Positions 57,037-64,000 of a stretch of 64,000 nucleotides of DNA are shown here, piece by piece. Within the stretch, counting starts at the first letter, position 1. Each line of letters begins with the position of its first letter. The stretch covers positions 140,337 through 204,336 of the IMG/VR virus record IMGVR_UViG_3300042887_005053; one strand, written 5' to 3'. A program made the position numbers and the translations under genes. The notes below the pieces were generated by a model. That model was not told the origin of the DNA. It made no database searches and saw only the letters and a program-made list of their open reading frames with translations.

Positions 57037-58125
57037 TTATGCTTCAACTGAGACCTCACTATAAACTGTCTCTAACATTCTATTAGCTACTAAATAGGGA
57101 TCACAGTTTGATGCTGGTCTTCTGTCTTCAAAGTATCCTTTGCCGTCTACTATAGCTTGGGCGGGAATTCTAATTGATGTATCTCTTGTTGAATATCCAA
57201 AACTGAAATCATGAATACTTGAAGTTTCATGTTTTCCAGTAAGTCTTTCTTCATTACTCAAACCATAAACCTCAATGTGTTCATTATGGTTGGCTTCTAA
57301 TTTGATCATGGTCTCTTCTATGATTTTAAGACCGCCTTCTTCTCTCATTTCTTTTGTTGAGAAGTTGACATGGCAGCCAGAACCATTCCAGTCTCCCTTG
57401 AGTGGTTTAGGATGAAGAGAAACTTTTACATTATACTTTTCAGCTACTCTTTGTAGAAGATATCTTGAAATCCAAAGTTGATCAGAACCAGTCAATGGTG
57501 TAACCGGACCTATTTGATATTCCCATTGGCCAAGTAATACTTCAGCATTGATACCAGAAATATCTAATCCAATTTCAATACACATATTCATATGTTCTTC
57601 TACTATTTCTCTACCAACTACTGTGTCTGATCCTATTCCACAGTAATAATCACCCTGTGGTCTTGGTATTGTTAGTGTGTCAGTTGTGAAACCTAAAGGA
57701 ATACCTTCACCTTCTGCAAACGGTGTAGTTGGCTTATGTGTAAGTGTATACTCTTGTTCCCAACCAAACCAAGGTTGATTTTTATGTTTACTTTCATTGA
57801 TATTAAGTTCAGAAACCTTTTCTGCTAATTTTTGACGAGTGTTTGTTATATGTGGTGTCATATCAGGGTTTAGAACTTCACATAAAACTAATTTATTGTC
57901 TCCTTTTCTAAGTGGATCTTTTGTAATAAAAACTGGATTTAGAATACAATCTGTATTTTTTCCTCTACCAGCTTCAGCTTGTAAAGTAGAACTACCATCA
58001 AAAGACCAAAGAGGGAAATCTGAAGGCTTTGTTGAATCAGTTTGTGGAACGATTTTTGTTTTACTTCTCAATTGTTGAGGAGTAGAACCATCTAACCAGA
58101 TGTACTCAAGTTTAATAGTTTTCAT
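57037..58125 (-). CDS. glnII: Glutamine synthetase type II
   Basis: KLEYIWLDG, WSFDGSST, GINAEV..GQWEYQ, HPKP..GDWNGSGCH, RLTGKHET and GYFEDRRPASNCDPY. The start is the ATG at 58125. Confidence 0.95.
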   Translation of the reverse strand: MKTIKLEYIWLDGSTPQQLRSKTKIVPQTDSTKPSDFPLWSFDGSSTLQAEAGRGKNTDCILNPVFITKDPLRKGDNKLVLCEVLNPDMTPHITNTRQKLAEKVSELNINESKHKNQPWFGWEQEYTLTHKPTTPFAEGEGIPLGFTTDTLTIPRPQGDYYCGIGSDTVVGREIVEEHMNMCIEIGLDISGINAEVLLGQWEYQIGPVTPLTGSDQLWISRYLLQRVAEKYNVKVSLHPKPLKGDWNGSGCHVNFSTKEMREEGGLKIIEETMIKLEANHNEHIEVYGLSNEERLTGKHETSSIHDFSFGYSTRDTSIRIPAQAIVDGKGYFEDRRPASNCDPYLVANRMLETVYSEVSVEA

Positions 58126-58204
58126 ATAGGGTTTTTTTTTTATTCTATTATTTTTACTAAACTTTTTCAAAATGTTTAATACAAATTTTCACTAATTTTA
58201 TTTT

Positions 58205-58516
58205 ATGGAAAAAATTCTTTTACAATATTGGCAAGTTAAGGATAAGGACTTTCAATTTTCAGATGGTTGTTCATTGCATCTATCATTTGTTGATCATATG
58301 AAATTTGTTAAATCTTCTTATCAAAGTCAAGTTGAGTCGACTCATGAGCTTTTAGAGATTACTCTATCAGAGCCTATAATGATAGAAGTTACCGACTCAT
58401 TGTATAATAAAATTAAGAAAAATAAAGGTTCTGTTAGATTGAACGAAGTATCTTTGAATAACTTGATAAACCTGAGAGATGTTAAATTTATAACTGAAAA
58501 TGAACTTGTTAACTAA
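58205..58516 (+). CDS. Hypothetical protein
   Basis: 103-aa ORF containing SDGCSLHL. Confidence 0.55.
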   Translation: MEKILLQYWQVKDKDFQFSDGCSLHLSFVDHMKFVKSSYQSQVESTHELLEITLSEPIMIEVTDSLYNKIKKNKGSVRLNEVSLNNLINLRDVKFITENELVN

Positions 58517-58859
58517 TATATTCTACTCTTTATCTGTTCTATTTATTGTAGTTGAAATATATCAACTTATTAATAGGGAACAGTTGTTTTCAAAATTGAA
58601 ATTTGATGACATTGAAAAAATTAATCCACTTTCAAATATTATATTTTACACAAGTAAAATATTTTATTTATTTTGGATTTTTTTAGGTTTATTTTCGAGT
58701 CTAAAATTATATTTTCTAATCTTAGTAATTACTGGTCTGTTTAAGTACTTTGTTTTACTAACTAAGAAGAATATTCTAATAAATCTATATGATTTATTTA
58801 ATTGTCTATTTAGTGTAACTGTACTGTCTATTATCTTGATCCTAAGATTTTTTCAGTAA
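58500..58859 (+). CDS. Small membrane protein (3-4 TM)
   Basis: Several hydrophobic stretches. Confidence 0.55.
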   Translation: MNLLTNIFYSLSVLFIVVEIYQLINREQLFSKLKFDDIEKINPLSNIIFYTSKIFYLFWIFLGLFSSLKLYFLILVITGLFKYFVLLTKKNILINLYDLFNCLFSVTVLSIILILRFFQ

Positions 58860-59340
58860 TAATTATAAATTCGAATCCTTTTCTTTGACAATAATCAATC
58901 ATGTAAGTCCATTTACTTAGATTTTTATTGTACATTTTCAAAGCATATTCAAAGTTTTTAAGTTGTTTAGCTGTTGGTTTACTAGCAAGAACTGGTTCAA
59001 TTGTCTCAGAATATGGTTTTACTTCAGCAACTACCTTTGAAATTGTACCATCATCTTTTTTTAATTCATAATAGAAATCAGGATAATAAGTGTGCTCGGA
59101 CGTTTTATAGTCTTGTTTTTCTGAAATCCATTCTGTTTTAGTATAAGGTATCTTTAGATGTTCAGCTCCCCAATTAATTATTTTATCATTATTATCTAAG
59201 TAAATCATCATTTTTTGCTCTAGTCCTGAACGATAAAAAAGACCACCTTGTGAATTTAATTTAATTACTTTATCCTTTTTATTTGGTATGAAAAGACCTT
59301 GATGATATTTAGTAGGTTGTTTCGGAGCACTGTTTAACAT
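58831..59340 (-). CDS. gp4: Head completion nuclease (T4 gp4-like, TnsA-like fold)
   Basis: YRSGLE...WGAEHLKIPY...HTYYPDFY...AEVKP...NLSKW...FIIITE. Confidence 0.82.
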   Translation of the reverse strand: MLNSAPKQPTKYHQGLFIPNKKDKVIKLNSQGGLFYRSGLEQKMMIYLDNNDKIINWGAEHLKIPYTKTEWISEKQDYKTSEHTYYPDFYYELKKDDGTISKVVAEVKPYSETIEPVLASKPTAKQLKNFEYALKMYNKNLSKWTYMIDYCQRKGFEFIIITEKILGSR

Positions 59341-59390
59341 AATCTTTAGTTATTTGTTATTTTTAATATATATCAATAAATATTTATTCT

Positions 59391-60083
59391 ATGAGTGAAT
59401 TATTAGAAAGAGTGCGATTGAATAATTTAGTTTATGGTGATGGTGTCGCTGATAATTTTAAGAATAACTCTATATTTTTCTACAATAAATATTCTAAGTC
59501 AGATAATCAGGTTTCTAGTATCGGAGTTGGTGAGATACAGATCGGTAGATTTTATCACTTACACTATCAAGATGACTCAAATTGGATGAAATATTCTCCA
59601 GTATTCACAGTAGATGTGAAAAAATTTGAAAGTTTGATTATTCTCATGGCGGTGAATTTTAATTTTATACCAGTCGAAGTGAGAATAAGTATTTTTGATA
59701 AATTTATGAATAGTGATACATTTGAAAATGATAGACTTTTATCTGTTGATTTTACAGGAGTGTATAATGAGTTGAAAAGATATGGTTTTGAATACGCAAT
59801 AGTTGAATATAATATAAAACAAGTAAAACTAGTTCATAAAATAAACATGATTGTCGTGCCTAGATTTCTTTATTCCTCTCATCCAATAAACAAATACGAT
59901 CCAAGAAAACTTTATGAAATATGGTCTGCAAAAATTTCGAAAAGAAACGAAAGAGATGCTGAGATGAGTAAATTGTTAATTGACGACTTTATTAAATCGT
60001 CAGATGAAATTGCAGAAAATTATAAAATGATGAAAGACCATATTAATAGAGTTAAGAGAAGCATTGAAAAATATGGTAGATAA
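59391..60083 (+). CDS. DNA end protector-like protein (T4 gp2-like)
   Basis: GRFYHLHY...YSPVF...AVNFNFIP.EVR, located between gp4 and portal. Confidence 0.5.
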   Translation: MSELLERVRLNNLVYGDGVADNFKNNSIFFYNKYSKSDNQVSSIGVGEIQIGRFYHLHYQDDSNWMKYSPVFTVDVKKFESLIILMAVNFNFIPVEVRISIFDKFMNSDTFENDRLLSVDFTGVYNELKRYGFEYAIVEYNIKQVKLVHKINMIVVPRFLYSSHPINKYDPRKLYEIWSAKISKRNERDAEMSKLLIDDFIKSSDEIAENYKMMKDHINRVKRSIEKYGR

Positions 60084-60140
60084 ACTTAATATATAGAGAG
60101 ACACTATAAAATAATATATATTAGAAATTTTTAAAATTTA

Positions 60141-61823
60141 ATGGCTTCTTACAATCCACTCAATTCTCAAAATCAGAATAACACATATATTTCATCAGCG
60201 GTTGAAAATAAGGGTTTATTCAATAGACTTCTTAGAAATCTTTCTAATTTTGGAATGAGATATGATGATATGATTATCAGAAATACCGTAGGTGTTGGTA
60301 TTAATGAAGATCCATACTCACAAAAAAATAATTCGATGTATGACTTCTTTAGTCAGAAGGCCGTTTCATCAGTATTAAACAGAAAGTCAGTTCCTTATTT
60401 GGATAGATCATATGCGGATAAAAGAAGAATTCTAAGAGAGTATTCAATTAAAGATGAACTAAGAGATTTCGTTTCTGCAGTTGCTGATGAGTCGATTATC
60501 TATAATGATGACAAAGACTTCTGTGCACCTAAGCCTCTTTCAAATGATTATTCACAAGATATAAAGGATAAGTATCAAGAATATTTTGAAGTAATCTATC
60601 ACAGATTTGGTTTTGGTGATAGTATAACAGCTTGGAATATGATGAAAGACTTTTTGATTGATGGTTATGTTGCAATTGAAATAGTTTGGGATGACAAAAA
60701 GAAGAATATCATACATTTTAATAGATTAAGACCAGAAACATTAGTACCAGCTTATGAACCTTCAGTTGGTAATCTTTGGATTCAATATCCAGAAGATCCG
60801 CAATTAAGAAGAATATTTCTTGATTCACAGATTGTATTTGTTTCTTACTCAACACAGAATGATTATTCCGAGACTTCTTATTTAGAGGGTCTAATTAAGC
60901 CGTATAATCAATTAAAGATATTAGAGCAAACTAGAATTATGTTTAACATAATTAATGCTACTATTTATCAAAAATTTACAATCCCAATTAAGGGATTACC
61001 AAGACAAAGAGCTGAAGAACAAATTGGGCAATTAATAGCTGACTATTCAGAGGAAATTGAATGGGATGACACATTAGGAACAGTTTCTATCAATGGTAGA
61101 AAACATTTACCCTATAATAAACAAGTTTGGTTCCCAGAAGGTGATGCTGGTACTCCAGCAATGGAATTGGTATCACCAGAGGGTCATAACTTAAATGAGA
61201 ATGATATGTTAACTTGGTTTTACAACATTCTTAAAAGAGCTTCTAAGATTCCTTTCCAGAGATTTGAGAAAGAGAATGGTGGTGGTAACATATTTAGTGA
61301 TGCATCTGAGATGACTAGAGATGAAATAAAGTTTAATAACTTTATCAATCGACTAAGAGCAAATTACAAAGAGTTGATTGTAAAACCTCTAAAGCTTCAA
61401 ATGTGTATGGAATTCCCAGAGTTGAAAGATGATGAGGTTTTCCTAAATCAATGTGACATTAATTTCAATTCAAATCAATTGTTCGAAGAGTGGAAGAAGT
61501 TGGCAAACTTTGAAAAAAGAGCTGGTATATTATCAACTTTATTAGGAATACAAACTGCTGATGGTCAACCATACTTTCACATCGATTATCTAATCGATAA
61601 AGTTATGAAATTATCTGAAGAAGAAAAGCAAGAAAACAAAGCATACTGGATCAAATCGACTAAAGGTGGTGGTGAAGCTGGTGAGGTCGAAGGTGGAATG
61701 GAGGGAGCTGAGGCTGGAATGGAAGGTGGTGAAGCACCAACTGAAACACCTGAGGCAGCAACTGAGACACCTCCAGCTGAAGAGGGAGGAGGTGAAGCTC
61801 CACCGTCAGAATTCGAATTCTAA
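60141..61823 (+). CDS. gp20: Portal protein (T4 gp20-like)
   Basis: FLIDG, SYLEGLIKPYNQLKILE, ILKRASKIPFQR and EMTRDEIKFNNFINRLR. Confidence 0.92.
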   Translation: MASYNPLNSQNQNNTYISSAVENKGLFNRLLRNLSNFGMRYDDMIIRNTVGVGINEDPYSQKNNSMYDFFSQKAVSSVLNRKSVPYLDRSYADKRRILREYSIKDELRDFVSAVADESIIYNDDKDFCAPKPLSNDYSQDIKDKYQEYFEVIYHRFGFGDSITAWNMMKDFLIDGYVAIEIVWDDKKKNIIHFNRLRPETLVPAYEPSVGNLWIQYPEDPQLRRIFLDSQIVFVSYSTQNDYSETSYLEGLIKPYNQLKILEQTRIMFNIINATIYQKFTIPIKGLPRQRAEEQIGQLIADYSEEIEWDDTLGTVSINGRKHLPYNKQVWFPEGDAGTPAMELVSPEGHNLNENDMLTWFYNILKRASKIPFQRFEKENGGGNIFSDASEMTRDEIKFNNFINRLRANYKELIVKPLKLQMCMEFPELKDDEVFLNQCDINFNSNQLFEEWKKLANFEKRAGILSTLLGIQTADGQPYFHIDYLIDKVMKLSEEEKQENKAYWIKSTKGGGEAGEVEGGMEGAEAGMEGGEAPTETPEAATETPPAEEGGGEAPPSEFEF

Positions 61824-61825
61824 TA

Positions 61826-61853
61826 AAAAAAGTCTCATTCTTGAGACTTTTTT
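61826..61853. terminator. Bidirectional intrinsic terminator
   Basis: AAAAAAGTCTCA-ttct-TGAGACTTTTTT. Confidence 0.85.
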
Positions 61854-62242
61854 CTATTTAATATATCTTTAGATTTTGAGGGATTATCTACTCCAAACTT
61901 TTCAATCATGGTTTTTTGAATTTTCTTCTTTATTTCTTTATTTTGAATTGGATATTCAACGCCATAATTCTTTTTGAGTGTTTCTTTTCTTTTCTTTTCA
62001 GAGCATTTCCTACAGTAGTACTCACCCCATCTATTGCCGTATTTGACATAGTTTTTGAAAATAACTTCTTTGACTATACCACAGCTATCACATTTACAAT
62101 CAATTTTGTAATGACTACCAGTTGATAGAAGTTCTATTGGTATTATTAATGTTTCTCCTATAGCAACATCATAACCAAGTTCTTCATAGTATGAAAAATT
62201 TGACTCATTGATTTTAATTATGATTTCTCGTGTTAGGATCAA
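61835..62242 (-). CDS. Zn-ribbon/KYGV-repeat protein (endonuclease-type DNA-binding part, no nuclease domain)
   Basis: CKCDSC...YYCRKC and NYGVEYP/KFGVDNPSKS. The likely start is TTG at 62242, downstream of an AAACTT-N16-TATAAA site. Confidence 0.55.
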   Translation of the reverse strand: MILTREIIIKINESNFSYYEELGYDVAIGETLIIPIELLSTGSHYKIDCKCDSCGIVKEVIFKNYVKYGNRWGEYYCRKCSEKKRKETLKKNYGVEYPIQNKEIKKKIQKTMIEKFGVDNPSKSKDILNRKKSQE

Positions 62243-62415
62243 TTTATTTAAGGGTAGTTTGGTGTTTATATAGTCAGAATAAAACAAAGTTTATTCTAAA
62301 AAAAGATACTTTTGTGAAGTATTGTTAATAAAGAGAATTGTGTGGTCCATAAAAAATCCGTCATTGAAAAATCGAGATTTTTTAAGTTATATATACTAAA
62401 AATAAATTGCGATAA

Positions 62416-64000
62416 ATGAAACCTATACTAATCGTTGAAAACAATTCAAACCCATTGGTTGAGAATGTTCAAGTGTCTGGTGGTAGTAAGGATTATGTTT
62501 TAGGTGGTATTTTCACTGAGTTTGGTATTAAAAACCGTAACGAAAGAATCTATACTGCTGACAAATTCATTCCTTGTTTACAAGAGTTAAATGAGCGTAT
62601 CAACAACATGGGAGTTGTATATGGCGAATTTGATCACCCAGATGTTTTTGACACATCATTAGCAAGAGCATCACACACTATAAGAAAAGCTCATTATGTT
62701 AAAGAACATAACAGAGTTGAGGGTGAGATCAAATTGTTAAGTACATACTGGGGTAAGGAAGCTAAGGCTTTAGTTGATGATGGTTGTCCTGTATTCGTTT
62801 CTTCAAGAGCTGCTGGTATCACTGAATCTGATGGCACTGTTACTTTGAAGAAGTTGTTTACTTACGACATCGTTGCTGATCCTGGATTTGCTTCTGCTAG
62901 AATGAAATCAATTAATGAATCTTTTGGATTCACAGAACAAAATAACTTTAGGATATACGAAATGTCCGATGAGTCAAAAATAAACGAACTATTCAATATG
63001 AACAAGAATGAATTCGTTACCAAGCAGCAATTAGCTGACTATTCTAAGTATTTAGTAAATGAAATTGCTTCTACTAAGAAAGCTGCACAAACTGCTATTA
63101 AATCAGGTAACATCAATCCAAAGAAATTGGAGCAACTTCTTGAGTACTACGAAGAACTTAATAAGACAAATGCTCAAATGGTTAAGTATTTAGATTACTT
63201 GGCTGAGAAAGTACAAGTTGTTGTTAATGAAAACATTTCATTAAAGTCTACAACTGACAAATTAATTTCTCATAATGATTATTTAGCTGAGAATTTAGAA
63301 AAAGCTATTAATTATTCTGATTATATCGCTGAGAATTTGGATAAGAACATTTCTTATTCTGAATATTTGGCTGAAAATCTCGATAAGAACATTTCTTACT
63401 CTGAGTATTTAGCTGAGAATTTGGATAAGAATATCGCTTATTCTGAATATCTTGCTGAGAACTTAGATAAGAATATCGCTTATGCTGAGTATATTGCTGA
63501 AAATTTGGATAAGAACATTTCTTATTCTGAATATTTGGCTGAACATTTAGATAACTCTATTGCTTATTCTGAGTATTTAGCTGAACATGTTGAGGGTAAC
63601 ATTGCTTATTCTGAATATATCGCTGAACATTTAGATGACAACATCGCTTATTCTGAGTATATCGCTGAAAATCTTGACAAGACTGTTTCTTACGCAGGAA
63701 TGATAGCTGAGAAATTAAACACTACTAAATTAAATGAAAGTGTTGAAGAAAATACATTCCCAACATTAGAAGACGCTGGGTTCGCTATGATCGCAGCAGA
63801 AGAAGAAGGTGGAATGCCAATGCCTCGCATGCCTAAAGAAGAAGGTGATGCACATGAAGAGGAAGGTGATAACTTACCACATGTTATGGCATCTGAGGAA
63901 TCAGAATTGAGTAATGACAGTCACGAAACTCATGAAGAAGAGGGTGATAAATATGAGGAAGAAGGTGATAAATATGAGGAAGAAGGTGATAAATATGAAG
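62416..64000 (+). CDS. gp21: Prohead protease (T4 gp21-like) fused to scaffold-like repeat region (3'-truncated; absent from ORF track)
   Basis: Translated by hand: MKPILIVE...KNRNERIY...GEFDHP...SH...VSSRAAG...TYDIVADPGF. The frame stays open to the window end. Confidence 0.9.
   Translation, partial: MKPILIVENNSNPLVENVQVSGGSKDYVLGGIFTEFGIKNRNERIYTADKFIPCLQELNERINNMGVVYGEFDHPDVFDTSLARASHTIRKAHYVKEHNRVEGEIKLLSTYWGKEAKALVDDGCPVFVSSRAAGITESDGTVTLKKLFTYDIVADPGFASARMKSINESFGFTEQNNFRIYEMSDESKINELFNMNKNEFVTKQQLADYSKYLVNEIASTKKAAQTAIKSGNINPKKLEQLLEYYEELNKTNAQMVKYLDYLAEKVQVVVNENISLKSTTDKLISHNDYLAENLEKAINYSDYIAENLDKNISYSEYLAENLDKNISYSEYLAENLDKNIAYSEYLAENLDKNIAYAEYIAENLDKNISYSEYLAEHLDNSIAYSEYLAEHVEGNIAYSEYIAEHLDDNIAYSEYIAENLDKTVSYAGMIAEKLNTTKLNESVEENTFPTLEDAGFAMIAAEEEGGMPMPRMPKEEGDAHEEEGDNLPHVMASEESELSNDSHETHEEEGDKYEEEGDKYEEEGDKYE
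63274..63720 (+). repeat. About 11 copies of a 42-bp/14-aa repeat YSEY(L/I)AE(N/H)LDKNI(S/A)
   Basis: GAATAT at 63361 and GAGTAT at 63403 give period 42, with synonymous variation between copies. Confidence 0.92.
63937..64000 (+). repeat. 21-bp repeat encoding EEEGDKY (3 or more copies)
   Basis: GAAGAAGGTGATAAATATGAG-like units at the window end. Confidence 0.85.

Noticed and set aside
58831-59340. Tn7 TnsA transposase or mobile element
   Set aside because: It has the same fold as T4 gp4 and sits next to gp2 and portal, with no other Tns genes or transposon ends.
1525-62125. Short antisense or alternate-frame ORFs in the track (e.g. 6130..6699, 4247..4579, 15427..15753, 33875..34216, 51129..51329)
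   Set aside because: They are fully nested in or opposite well-supported genes and have no motifs or promoters, so they are shadow ORFs.
63274-63720. CRISPR array (also considered for 51332-51447)
   Set aside because: The repeats are contiguous, in frame, vary at synonymous sites and have no unique spacers.
1-64000. Stop-codon reassignment as in some Bacteroidota megaphages
   Set aside because: Conserved genes are intact under code 11, and TAG (1981, 3824, 17638, 52150, 55054) and TGA end genes at sensible positions.

Overview
The window is very AT-rich, gene-dense DNA from a large T4-like (jumbo-type) myophage, mostly its morphogenesis region. The host is probably Bacteroidota, judged from TAnnTTTG promoters, weak or absent Shine-Dalgarno sites and a Bacteroidota-style ClpS. 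Recognisable structural genes are tail tube, a 1407-aa tail sheath, baseplate proteins, two YadA/Hep-Hag-repeat fibre proteins, a probable tape measure, small and large terminase, gp15, gp4, gp2, portal and a prohead protease fused to a scaffold-like repeat region (runs off the right end). Other genes are gp47 nuclease, clamp loader, gp55-like late sigma, auxiliary genes (ferritin, ClpS, glutamine synthetase II, cysteine hydrolase, HAD proteins) and five homing-endonuclease-type genes. The strongest unexplained pattern is about 17 otherwise unrelated proteins sharing an N-terminal MK(Y/H)LKxF(N/E)E(S/F) tag that resembles the T4 capsid-targeting sequence. Several of them have an acidic pro-region, an (I/L/V)xE site and a basic C-terminal domain, which suggests a large protease-matured capsid cargo system. 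Also seen are three promoter classes, a candidate +1 frameshift, a 462-bp tandem duplication in a fibre gene and an over-represented T-x-S tripeptide in virion surface proteins. All assignments come from reading motifs by eye; no searches were run. No tRNA, rRNA or CRISPR array was seen.
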